A DNA stretch of 58,761 bases, counting the filler, from Ionaspis alba (Eukaryota): the NCBI GenBank assembly GCA_964255285.1. It is 4 parts of 4 records of this genome, joined end to end, with 100 filler letters (N's around TTAATTAATTAA, not from the genome) between each part and the next. Parts side by side here need not be neighbours in the genome. Positions count along the whole stretch, not along the records: positions 14,728 to 29,346 come from CAXUUL010000410.1; positions 29,447 to 44,055 come from CAXUUL010000411.1; 2 more parts are not named here. One strand, written 5' to 3'. Below the pieces are notes generated by a model that was not told the DNA's origin, searched no databases, and saw nothing but the letters and a program-made list of their open reading frames with translations. Shown piece by piece: positions 27,086 through 39,300 of this stretch; positions within the stretch are counted from its first letter, which is position 1, and each line of letters begins with the position of its first letter. A program made the position numbers and the translations under genes.

Positions 27086-27923
27086 TCAATATTCGAGTTC
27101 ACCCTCGGAGATCACCTCTTCACGATCCCCAGTTTTCACATAGAATTGCTCCTTTGGCATCGCAACTTCAAAGTACTGTCTCTTCAATAATTCACTATAT
27201 TGAGAGGATACATCTGCGCCAAACATGGCATCACAGAGACACATATTCCAGAGCACCTCCTTACTATTGGAGGGTCGCCGCATGAGCACGATAGTCTGAC
27301 GGGCCAGATACTGCCTCAACAGCTTGTGCCCTTTGATTGACTGATATGAACCTGCGAGGAAGGTCTGGATGGCCGTCAGATTGTTCTGCGAATAGTTTTG
27401 AAACCACTCCGCAAGCTTGTCGATAATCGTGTTCTGCAGGGATGGTAGTCCCCACTTGTCGGCGAGGATGTACAACCTCGTATGGTTGTCGATTTCCTTC
27501 TCTGGCTCCGGTACGGCATCGGCACCACGATAGAGCCACAACATAAACAGATCGAATTCGCCGGGGTTCTCGTCCGTCAAGAACATCTCTTCGACATGCT
27601 CTACCTTTGCCCACGATCTCGCGAAGAAGGGTACAAGGTGACACAGCAACTCCTTGTGTGGATTGTATTTCTTGCGCTTTGGACCGACATATAGTGCCAC
27701 TGTAGGCCCAGAAATCAGGCTGTAAGGTATCAGCTGATTGTCCATCATAGAACGGTATCTAAAATTACCTCGCGAACTTCTCGACGGAGACGTCTGTGAC
27801 CACGAGGGCTGTGCATATCGGGGGCTCTTCCTGTTCAGAGTCTGCTATTTCATTTTTTATTTCCATCGCAGATTGTCTAGAAGCCGTTGCAACAGGGGGG
27901 GCATGAGGCTCGCGGGACGGCAT
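27086..27923 (-). CDS. BTB/POZ domain protein
   Basis: VALYVGP...HKELLCHLVPFF, FDLFMLWLY and LYILADKWGLPSLQNTIID. Intron at about 27720-27768; start at 27923 or 27968. Confidence 0.75.
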
Positions 27924-28392
27924 GATCGATTGGAATTGAGATAGTGGGAAGTGTCTATGTGGTGGCATTTACGAGTTAGATCCACGGAAAGAACAACCGA
28001 GAGTGATATTACTCACGATTGGTGAAGTTGAATGAGTGAGACGCACAAGATGATTGCTCAGAGGACAAGAATGAGTTTACAGCTGAGTTTGGAGTTAGTG
28101 ACAAAGGTCGTGAAGAGAGAGTTTGATTTCAACCGACCAACTCTGAGTCCCGAAAGTATCACGATGATGAAGTGATGAGAAGGCGAGAGTGAGATATGGG
28201 CTATCGAGATTGTCCGTGTGGAAGTCGACAAATTGAAGAACGCGGGGTGTAAATGCTAGGCAGACGCGTCAAGTGCAAGTGACAAGTAACTTCATATAGC
28301 AGTATGTATGCATGTATTCATGCAGACTGCTCAGTGATGAATGATGTGCGATATTGTCCAGGATTCTGCATCGAGGCAAACACGCCTCTGCT

Positions 28393-29346
28393 CTACCTCT
28401 TCCGCCCCTTCCTCTCCTGCTTTCTTCTCTTTTCCCACCTCTCTCCGATCGCGTCGCTACCCCCACCGTCACCCCTACCTCTCTTCCGACTTTTCTCCAA
28501 TGCGCTCTCCCTTCGCCCCCCAACCAACTTCTCCACCCTACTTGCACCTTCTCCCAGGCCCCTCCAGTCCTCCCCACCCCATCCACCTGTTCTCTCCCTC
28601 TTCCCCTTCTTCTTTCCCTCCGTCGGTAATCTTGTATAGTTACCCTCCTCGTAATCCCTTTTCTCTCGCTCACCCTCCCTCTCCTTTGCACTCTTATTCC
28701 TGCGCCCAGATGCCGCAATCGTGGTCCCGATACTGGGTTCGGGAACGGGTGCTGTGGAGTGCTCGGTTGCGAGGTACTCGGTCAAGGTTGCTGATGGAAG
28801 GGGCTTCCGATGGGGTTTTGTGCTTGTTGGGGGAGCGGTGGGGGTGATGCGAGGAGGTTGGTAAAGGGTCGGTGGTTTGCTTGTAGAAGTGGAGATAGTG
28901 TGAGAACGCGAGGAAGAGAGAAGAGACAACGGGTTGGGTCGATGAGAGAGATCAGAAATTGCTGGGACTGGGATCTCATCTTCGGAGCCAGAGTCAGAAG
29001 TTTGCGATCCGGTACTCTCATTTATCTTGGATATACGAGCGGTCTTAGAGGATGGAGGAGCTGGAGTAGAGGCGTCTGTCGCAGCTTGAACAACTTTGTC
29101 GATTTGATATTTCAGTCGGTTTTCCAAGGGCTTGACACCCTTTTCTAGGTAGACCCGGAGTTCGACAAGTTTAGAGACAACTGCGTGCTGAATTTTGGTG
29201 TTACCACGGTCATCCTCCTGAGTGGCGTCACTCGATAACGTAGAGGATGTAGATGATGCTGCGGTCGAATCTTTGAGTTTAAGCAGGATCAGAAAGACAA
29301 GATTGTGGAGGTAGGAAAGAAGGAGCTCGTTTTTGGTGTCGAGAAG
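28393..29346 (-). CDS. U3 snoRNP / SSU processome protein, Lcp5/neuroguidin-like (Sas10/Utp3/C1D family); 5' end lost in gap
   Basis: LLDTKNELLLSYLHNL, LVELRVYLEKGVKPLENRLKYQIDK, RPNP, YQPPRI and DYEEGNYTRLP. Confidence 0.8.
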   Translation of the reverse strand, partial: LLDTKNELLLSYLHNLVFLILLKLKDSTAASSTSSTLSSDATQEDDRGNTKIQHAVVSKLVELRVYLEKGVKPLENRLKYQIDKVVQAATDASTPAPPSSKTARISKINESTGSQTSDSGSEDEIPVPAISDLSHRPNPLSLLSSSRSHTISTSTSKPPTLYQPPRITPTAPPTSTKPHRKPLPSATLTEYLATEHSTAPVPEPSIGTTIAASGRRNKSAKEREGEREKRDYEEGNYTRLPTEGKKKGKRERTGGWGGEDWRGLGEGASRVEKLVGGRRESALEKSRKRGRGDGGGSDAIGERWEKRRKQERKGRKR

Positions 29347-29446
29347 NNNNNNNNNNNNNNNNNNNNNNNNNNNNNNNNNNNNNNNNNNNNTTAATTAATT
29401 AANNNNNNNNNNNNNNNNNNNNNNNNNNNNNNNNNNNNNNNNNNNN
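29347..29446. other. Assembly spacer: 44 N + TTAATTAATTAA + 44 N
   Basis: Same layout as 14628-14727; genes on both sides are truncated. Confidence 0.95.
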
Positions 29447-29911
29447 GATCATACAAATCTGGTGGGATGGCTGTATCATCCAGTCAGATCGTATATCGGA
29501 CTTGCTTAGAAACATCTTTGAGCACCATTGACAGCCACATGGCAACCTGTTGACTGCGCACGAAGTCGGGCATCAGCTAGTCAATGTCTATCCGGCATTG
29601 AAGAATGTTGTGCTGAAAGCAACAGAAGCTGATGCGGTGTTACCAAGTATAAGTGCATCGTTGGAATATTTCAGATATTCGGGTTCAACAGATCTGCCGA
29701 CGCAGTTCACGGAGGCCCAATGGGATTATTCCGGCTGGCATATGCTCGATTTGAAGTGCTCAAGACCGGGCAAGCCTATAACCGGTATATAAAGATCCCT
29801 CGAAACTCGTACCTGCAAAAGCCTGGACTATGGTCTCTAACCTTTTGGGGACAGGAAACACCATTTCGAGTGAAACCAGCACGTGGAAGAATGAATAATG
29901 AGACAATGTAG
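29447..29911 (+). pseudogene. Decayed 3' part of a 6-phosphogluconate dehydrogenase-like gene
   Basis: IWWDGCIIQS (cf. IWRGGCIIRS) and LPTQFTEAQWDYSGWH (cf. QAQRDYFGAH) lie in one frame separated by an in-frame TGA at 29529-29531; the frame is also disrupted near 29855-29875. Confidence 0.7.
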
Positions 29912-30300
29912 GCATGGCTCAAATAAGTAGGATTATCACGTCCGTTGCGATAATCATAGATTGTAGCAAGTCTGGAGGGGCTTTCGAAATTAAAACTTGG
30001 ATCCTATCCAGTGACAGGTATATGCACGAAGAATTCATTAAATGATACGAAGAGTACGAAGATCAAATAATGCCAAGATCGCGGCGGAATTAGTGGCCGG
30101 CTTCCGGCAAACACGAGGCAAAGAGCAGCGATCCACGAGCAACTTCGCCGTCATTGTTCCACGATTCAAGTCAACTCAACCCAACGTCACGTCACAGAGA
30201 CAAGGAGTCCGAAACAGCTTGGATCACATACTACCAATATCCGATCAAATCTCCTTTATCCATCATTTCCTTCTCTGCGCCCCCCACATCTGCCTCAGAA

Positions 30301-31199
30301 ATGTCAGCACGAGTGCAAACAGGCTCCCGGCCTGGAGCACGATTCGCTCAATTTAAGCTCGTCTTGCTAGGTATATAGCTAGACCCACTCCAGAGCCCTG
30401 TGCTTTTGTATGTCCCATAGTCGTGCTGATGTATGTATGCAGGTGAATCCGCTGTGGGAAAGGTGTGCTGCATCTGGGGAGCGTGACAACAAAGTTGGGT
30501 TGGCTAACGGTGTCTTGCAGAGTTCTTTAGTACTACGATTTGTCAAAGTAAGCTCCGTCATCGATTCTTCGGATATCAGCAGTTACAAACTAACGCGGCA
30601 CTGCCAGGATCAATTCGATGACTACCGGGAATCAACAATCGGAGCTGCCTTCCTCACCCAAACCATCGCCCTTGACGACAGCACAACGGTCAAGTTTGAG
30701 ATATGGGACACCGCAGGACAAGAGCGATATAAATCTTTGGCGCCAATGTATTATCGTAATGCCAACTGCGCCGTGGTTGTCTATGATATAACACAAGCCG
30801 TATGCTTTTTCTTGATGCTCTGTGACTTTAAGCTTGCTGACGAAGTCATAGTCATCACTTGACAAGGCCAAAGCTTGGGTAAAGGAACTTCAGCGACAGG
30901 CCAACGAGAACATTATCATAGCGTTGGCTGGTAATAAGCTGGATCTAGTGACGGACAACCCCGACAAGCGGGCCATCACCACCGCCGATGCAGAGGCATA
31001 TGCCAAAGAGGCGGGCTTGTTGTTTTTTGAAACATCTGCAAAGACGTCGGAGAATGTACGGGATCTCTTCACAGCCATCGCACGCAAACTACCCCTTGAG
31101 CAGGCCGGAGCTCGAAATTTGAGATCGAACCCTCGACCGGGAGTTGATTTGAGACCTGAAGCACCAGGCACTCAAGGCGCTGGCGCCTGTAACTGTTGA
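30301..31199 (+). CDS. Rab5-family GTPase (Ypt52/RabB-like)
   Basis: [48 protein letters not shown] and C-terminal CNC. Exons 30301-30370, 30443-30462, 30521-30547, 30608-30799 and 30852-31199. Confidence 0.95.
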
Positions 31200-31782
31200 G
31201 GTGCGCGGGACTTTGTTGTTGAAAAGACAGGCAGAGCCGATGGGCTGTTAGAAGAGGCGGCTTTGGTTTTCCAGCTGAGGTTTGCTTGAGGCAAGTTTCC
31301 CTTTCCTCGATATGTGGGACTGGATAGTGTATGGAGCAGACGGCGTTGTCGAAGGGCCTCTCGTTCTAGCTGAATCTTTTGTGAACACCCATAGCGTCTT
31401 AATAGGAGGAGTCATCGAGCAAGCTGCAGCTCATGGGTTTACCAGGGTGGTAGAGGTTTTCAGGGGATAAGCACGCGAGATTCTTTCAATATTAGTAAAA
31501 TTCATAAGCTGTCAGCTCAAGACAATGTGATAATTCACCCACGTGAGAATACTTCGAGACTGATAGAGCTAATGCGGCGTGCATGACCTGAATTGAAACG
31601 AAAACGTAGATTGTTTTTAGAACCCATTACTTTTGGCGCTTGTGCTTCATTAACTATCGTCGCCATGGTTCAACCATTAGTGCGGGTGGGAGGATTTTGG
31701 GCTCCTGGAAGCTATACTACGGACGGTATCATGCCGGGAGAGCATATCATAATCAATGCGTCGGATCTTGTCGGCTTCAGCT

Positions 31783-33478
31783 ATGGGACGTACGTACAGC
31801 GTAAGTATAAACTATCAATCTCAAGGCATGAGTTGACAATCAGGTCAGGAGGCAATATCCGCCTTAAATACGCTGCAATCCAACTCCGCCGTTGTCAATG
31901 CCATCCGCCAGTCCGGCGGTGGCATGAACAAGCAAGCCATTCCTGAGATGATCGAATGGTGCCGTAAGATAGGGTACGAGGTGTGCGCCTCCCTCAAGTT
32001 CCACGATGCACCTACTCACCGTCACTGTTCGACCTTTCCTCCCATTGACAGACTTCTAGCCCTCGGACTTTACACCCCTCAACGCGATCCATATAGCCGG
32101 GACCAAAGGCAAAGGCTCCACGAGTGCCTTCGTTTCCTCTATCCTATCACAGTATCTTCCCCCGAATATTCCACGCCAACACGATGTTCGGAAAATAGGT
32201 CTTTTCACCTCCCCGCACCTGCGGTTTGTCCGCGAGCGCATTCAAATAAATAACGTGCCACTCTCCGAGTCTTCCTTTGCACGCTACTTCTTCGAAGTCT
32301 GGGATCGCTTTGAAGCGTCAGCACGCGGGGCAGGGCTGCCAACCAACGCATCGGCCAAACCCGCCTACTTCCGTTTCCTGACACTCATGGCCTTACACAC
32401 TTATCTCTGCGAAGGAGTCAACTCGGCGGTCGTAGAGTGTGGGATTGGTGGCGAGTACGACAGCACAAACATCCTATTACGGCCGACGGTGACGGGCATT
32501 ACGAGTCTTGGAATCGACCATACAGCTATGCTTGGCAACACGATCGGGCAGATCGCATGGCACAAGGCCGGTATCATGAAGAGTGGGGTGACGACTTTCA
32601 CAGTCCCACAGCCAGAAGAAGCAATGGTAGTGCTCCAGCACAGGGCGGTCGAGAAGGACGTGGAATTGGTGGTCGTGGAGAGACATCCGCAGCTTGAGAG
32701 CATCAAGCTCGGTCTCGCGGCTGACTTCCAGAAAACCAACGCAAGCTTGGCAATAGCGGTCGCTGCAGCTCATCTACGGGCTCTCGGGCACAAAGACATC
32801 AGTACCAAACCTCTTTCGCCGGAATTTGTGCGTGGACTTGAGCAGGTACGGTTGGGAGGACGGTGCGAAACGAGGAGGGAGAAGGAGTTGGTGTGGTACC
32901 TAGATGGAGGGCATACGCTTGAGAGTATCGAAGTCGCTGGGCAGTGGTTTGCATCTTGTGTGAAAGAGTTGGCCTTGACCACTATGTCAACACCGCCACG
33001 CATACTCATCTTCAATCAGCAAACACGTGATCCACTGCCGCTCCTCCGCGCTCTGCACGACCTCCTCGCTTCGTCGCTAGAATCACAACATCCTTTTTCA
33101 CACGTTCTGTTCTGCTCGAACGTTACGTTTATGAAGTCAGGCTACGGCCCGGATTTAATGAACATGAACACGACTTCGACAGATGTGGCCGAACTGAAAG
33201 TGCAGCACGCATTAGCAACAGGATGGAAGGATATTGTAGCTGAGGCCACCGCAAAGGGTGGACAAGAGACGCAAGTCAGTGTCGTCAGGACCATTGAAGA
33301 GGCTATTGTATATGCGAGGGACGTGGCAAGGTTCTGGACCAGGAAGCATGTTGATAACGAGAAGCCAGGGAGTGGCAGAGGCGTTAGAGGAAGGGTGGGG
33401 GAGGTCATGGTTCTAGTGACTGGCAGCGTTCATCTTGTGGGAGGAGTACTGGAAGTCTTGGAAACAGCTGGAGAGTGA
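31783..33478 (+). CDS. MET7: Folylpolyglutamate synthase
   Basis: MGRTYS|EAISALNTLQSN, IHIAGTKGKGST, FTSPHL, VVECGIGGEYDSTN, LDGGHT and VTGSVHLVGG. Introns 31801-31848 and about 31981-32059; possible upstream in-frame ATG at 31756. Confidence 0.9.
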
Positions 33479-33701
33479 ATCATGACTGTTGATCAGAAAA
33501 GGGCAAGGAGGAGCTTGTGAAGCAAGCCCATAATCATATACACGATGACACATTTATCGCATCTCCATAATAAAAATCCCGTCATTGTTTTTATCATCGG
33601 ATATATCAGCTGCTTCTCTTATAAGCTTCAGAAGATTTGTGCAAGTCAACCGATTTATAGTCCCCACCGTCTAACATGATACAGGTCTATTTTGCAGCTC
33701 G

Positions 33702-35966
33702 TCAGGGCCCCGTGCCTTTCTCAATCCTCCTCCTTTTGGCCCTCAAGCCCTCGGCGACTCCGTCAGTCTTCTTTTTTGAGTACAACATTCTCTCAACGCC
33801 CTTCCTCTTCTTTCTGCCCAGCATCCCCAATCGCCTTTCCAACTCCTCTTCCTTCTCTCTCCTCTTCCTAGCTGCTTTCCTCCTCAGTTCATCGCCTTTT
33901 GGCGTGGGCTTTAGAATACTCTTCAGGGGCTTGCCATTCGTGATCCTAGTGGCCGGAGCTGCTGCGGAAGCTTGAGTAAAGGTGAGCCCAGCAGCTTCAG
34001 CTTCGAGCTCAGCTTGGTGGATACCACGGGAATCTTCTGCTTCATCAACCTCCGAGATTGCCTGGTCAGAGAAGCCCCCGAAGTCGTCTTCGGGTTCGGG
34101 CGCCACGAGCTCCTCGTCGTCAAATCTGGCGATTTGCATGCCATTGTCGTCGGAATCAGAGTTTTCTCCGTTGTCGAGGTTTGCAGACTTGGATGCTGTG
34201 GCTTCAGTGAGACTTCGCGTGGTCTCGGTATTGGGGATGTTCTCTTCGACGTCAGAATCGAGTTCACCTGGTTCTGCAGCTGCGGTCAGTTCCTCCAGTG
34301 CGGCCTCCTCAGCTTCTTCAGCTTCACCTTCGTGCTCTTGTGCTTCCAGAGGGGCATTTGGGTCGTAGGCGTCTTTACTTGGTCTCATCCAAGGCGAAAG
34401 ATGGGGAGGAAGCGTTGCGCCGGGCCCGTAGAGGTCAGGACGGAGAAGTTTCCCTCCATTGATACAGTCCCAAACCCACTGAGGCTGGATATATATCCTG
34501 CCAGGAACTCTTTGGCCCGCTTTTCCGATCTGAGACGCCGGTCCCACGGAATTTGGCTCATTGGGAGCAGATTTGAATCCAGGGGTGTTTGAGACGGCCG
34601 GAATAGGCCGGTCCACAACTTGATGCGTTATTGCAACATCTTTCTCATTGTGAGTGAAGGCGCCATCGCCCAGTACAGCGTCCCAACCGACACGCTTACA
34701 GCCAAACGCCCGCAGGATGAATTCAAGAGGTTGGCGGGGCGTTTCGCGAGAGAGGAAGAAGGTGAATGGTGCAAAGAGAGTGGACGCCTCAGCATCACTG
34801 AGTTGCGGCTGGGGCAGAATGTCAGCACCGATTCCAGTGGTTTCAAAGCAGTCAATTGCGTCGTCAACTTTGTCATCGGCCACGAATTCCGGGTCCAAGC
34901 CCGGTACTAAGTTCTTAGGAGCTTCGTCCTGCCTGACAACGGCGTCGGCCCGATCTTGAATAATCTTGCTTGACTCTTTATTGTCGGCTTGTACGTTGCT
35001 GGAATCTCCATTTAAGTGAACCTCTGAATTTTCAATCCTGGGAGTATTCCCTATACCTTTTCCCTCCAAGGTAAATGCGCCTAGCTCTCCACCTTTCTCG
35101 TCACTCTGTGGATCAAATCTGGGTGGATATATGAGACCGATCGAAGTGTAAAGCCGGAAATTGACAAAACCTAGGAGCGTGGTGTAGAACTCAACGAAGG
35201 TTCCCATTATTCTAAAATCCACGTCTCCTGTAATCCTTTGGACGAACTTGTACGGAACAAGCCATAGTATATCTTGTCCTTGTATGGTCGCCTGGTAGTA
35301 AATACCTTTGATCGACAGGAAGGATTTGCGCAGAGAATGGCTGGTTATGAGGTAGTGCTCGAACTCGAGGCACAGCCTTTGACAGAGGGAGATGGACTTG
35401 GGAGGGACTGTAGACGTAGCAGGAAGATTGGCAAAGAGAAACAGGAGGGACAAAGCATCATCAAGGTCTCTCAAAGCGTCGACGAAGGTCGGATATCGCT
35501 CTTTTATGATGTGGTCAAGAGATATTTTTGTTGCGCCGTTCCTCTCCAGTCTAGCGGCATCACCAACTTCCCCCCGCGCTAAAGATTTGGCGATCTTTTT
35601 CGAGAGCGCTTTGTGGTCTCGAAACTTGTTCAAAAGAGGTTCATGGAGGAGGTATTGAATGTCTTTGGTGTAGTAGAAGGTGGTTGATTGCGTTGAGGAT
35701 TTGGAGGCTTTCTTCTTATTGCGTGGTTCTCGGGGGTAGATGCCTAAGAATGTTTAATTTTAGCTTTTTCATTGGAGTGAGGCTTCAGTAGTTCGTAACC
35801 TTTGAAAATGCATAGTCTTCGAAAGTCAGGTAGGGATATCTGGAGTTTTCGCACAGCTTGAGTTCTCGTAATGAAATTTTTGGCCTGGCCCGAACTGCCT
35901 ATTGCGGTCAGATGGATTCCCAGAGTATTGGGGAAAGTGCTCACCCTTCTTCTTTAATTTGGTCAT
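33702..35966 (-). CDS. NOP7: Pescadillo homolog (60S biogenesis, BRCT domain)
   Basis: [58 protein letters not shown] and LPPHLSPW. Two short 5' introns. Confidence 0.95.
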
Positions 35967-36332
35967 ACTGGAGACATCAATGATCAAAGCTTGTGAGTAT
36001 TATTTGCAGAGCTCACATTCTCTATGCATTGTTGTGGTTCGTCAATCTTTTTTCCCATTATCGATAAAGCATAGTGTGATGCCAAGACTTTCAGGCCAGG
36101 GTCAACCATCCACGCTATGTACCATTGCTGAAGCATTGGTTCGAGAACGTGAGTATTGTTACTTGGATATTAATCGAACCATCTATCGAGTTTCTATACT
36201 GGCTGTGTTGTCTCAATGAAATAGATGCCAACTGTACAGGCAATTCCTCTCTCCCACGTAATGCTCGCTGAAAGGCTCAACAGGGTAACAAAAACTATGC
36301 TGCAATAATGTTTCTCTCATCACGACGAGTTC

Positions 36333-39300
36333 TCATAACCACAAGAACCACTTGATACCGGCAAACAAGCCGGAAACAGTCCCCCTTATCAGGCGGATGA
36401 TCACAACAATCAGCCATACCCACCACATGAGCCCTAGAAGGGTCCACTCTAGAAGCAAATATCCACCTCTTCGCATCCACCGAAATCTTCGTCTCCTCCG
36501 CCTAACGATGAGGTCAAGGCTATCGTTGAGCTGCTTTATACTTAACCGATGTGTAGTCGAAAGTTCATTACTTAGCAGATCTGCGTCGTCTGCAGAGGCT
36601 CGGACCATGGGTGTCAGAGTTGATGTGATTCGCGCATCCAAGGTAGTGATCCGCTTGTGCAGTTCATTGATCGTAGTGTCTGACATGTGGTCAGCAGCCT
36701 CGCGAAGTCGCCGGTTTGTATCGTCGATGCTCTGGACGAGTAGACGGGAAGCCAGAGCATGCTCCCGAGATCTTGGCACTCTTGGTAACGGGGCTGTGGA
36801 GGACCGTTGTATCTCTTGTAATATCTCCGACGGTAGATCTGGGATTTCTACTGCTCGACGGGAGATCTCATTTGCCTTGACTCCAGACGACAGAAGTAGC
36901 GCACGAACTCGCGTAATATCATGTATCGTGATGATTCCACGGACTGAAGGAACTCCTCTGTCGGATATACTCCAGTGCCGCTTACCTTGTAGATTAGGCC
37001 TTGATATACGTCTTTGAATGTCCAATCTTGTCAGACCAGTCACTGGAAGCTTCAAATTCGGGCCAAAGGTGCTGCTCATTTGGCGGAGATTTGGACGTCC
37101 AACAGACTGCCTACCGCTAGATTGAGTGAGCTCGTCTCTGGTCATGTCGGAATCGGTTGTCTCTATCCTCGTCAAAGTAGCTGAAGGGGATGGAGAGATC
37201 GACCTCAGATCAAGACCGGGTGGAGCCAGACGACTGAACCTGCTGGAGCGACTTCGTTCTCGCGATGCTATTTGTTGTCGTGCTATATGATCATTACCAT
37301 TAGCCGTGACTGGTTTGTTATCGTTGCTGTCTTTGAGAAAAGTAGATCTAAAGGTTGGCAGATTGTTAAGGTGGTATTTTGGTGAATCTTCGTTCGTGAT
37401 GTTCTTAGGATATTCCTCCTCGTCATATTTCTTCGGCGCTCTGTGGCGTTTGCTCTTTGTCAACGACGTATCTCCATCTGTATCAGACGCTTCCGACGCA
37501 TTTGACGATGCCGGAGATGCGATATTCGAGATTCGGCTGCTGACGTCTCTCCGCCAGAGCAAATCTCCAACCTTTGAGACTGGACTTCCAACCATCTCAG
37601 CGAGCCGGCTTGGTCCCCTGAGCATGCCTCGCAATCTCGATTCCATGTCTCCTTGTTCCTTCTGGCCTCTTAAGGATTTGCTATTCGATCGCTTACGTCT
37701 CAAGGATCTAAAGCCTTCGGCCGACTTTGGAGACAGCAAGCCATCAGCGGGAGTTGAACTTGTGTCAGGCCGCGGTATGTACTCAATCCCGTCGAGTCTT
37801 GAGTTGGCCTCCGAGGTGAAAATGATTGGACCAGACCCAGTCATACCTGCATTCGAGTTCGGGCGGCTTGATTCGTTCTCTTGATCTGCTTGCGCCATCC
37901 TCTGCAGCGTTGGGATTTGCTTTCTAGGAGCTCCGATACCATCCTCTTCGCGGGAAAATTTCATAGCCATGTTTGGCACGGTGCCCTTTTCGGTAGGAGA
38001 TCTGGGCTGGAGGTTGTGAACCTTTTCATGCGAGTAGGGAGACTTTTCAGTTGCTTCTCCAGCCGTAGCGCTATGGTTCGTGTCTGATTGGTGTAACCGA
38101 TTCCCATTCTCCCCTAGCTGGGAAGAGAATTCGATAGGCTTTTCTCGTTGCCGGATAGTTCCAGGAGCACTGTCGACTGCCTCTTTCGCCAATAAACGCA
38201 ACATTTGGCGATCGAGTATAGCACTGTCTTGACGTTCACGGCTATCACGAAGATCATCTTGTTGTGACAGTCGATTCAAGTTGCCAGAGGGAGACTCGTC
38301 AGAACTCGAAGAGCTTTGAGCACGGACGACTTTGCGGTGCCACCGACTCTTTCGGTCTTGAGAGCTACTATATTCATGTAGACTTGTGATGGAATCACGG
38401 AATTGATGTCGGCGGCGGCCGCGCTCTTGTTGTGGCCAGTCCTGGGGCTTTATGGTGCTGATATCTTTCGTTTTAGATACTTGTCCGGATCTCGGAATGC
38501 TCGAAGATCGTCTTGCAGAAGGACGTATGACATCGAGACTCGTCCTTGACGCTGATTCGATTTGGGACGTAGCGGTAGGGAACAATTTGTGCCCATCACG
38601 ATCCTCAATTAACTTCCTATGCTCATCTTGATCTAGCCAATAAGCATCCGCAAGAAAGTCCCAAGGCGTTGTGATCCACTCCGTCTTGGGACGAGAGACC
38701 TTGACTGCGGTAGGTGCATCGAAACGTTGCAGACTTGAAGTAGGTGATGGCTCTTCGCGGAGTAGGTTTTGTTCAGGCAAGAATGGCGGTAGACTCAACT
38801 CGGACGTAGCATTTAACACACGGTCTTGCCTCAGGCTGGAGACAGAGTTGACCCACGACCTAACCCTCTCGAGATTTTTCCAGCCGTCTGCCTCAGCATC
38901 AAAGGTTTTCCGTTCCCGGTTGCGAATCTTGCGGTTTCGTATGTATTGCAGAGGATTGTAAAGCCTACCAGGTGCTTGGGAGGGATCTGATTTCGACTTC
39001 TTGGCCGATCGAGATGTGCCAGGCCGGCTGTCGTGAGGAGTCGGTAATGGTTCGAGATGCGGTAGCAGCCTCCGGTATTCGTAGCAAAGCTCCAGCGATA
39101 TCCTAGCTTTCTCTGCCCTCAACAATGTAGCATCTGAGGGACTAAACATGTAGTCATCCACGAATCCGGCACCGAAGCCAGGCAAAGCTGGTGGTTCTGG
39201 CTCCCGATTAATACTTTGAGAACTCATCGGTCGAATTTGCGGTCCACCATCTAAGTCCATTTTGATAGACTTTGGCGACATATTCCTGGAGGTTCTTCGC

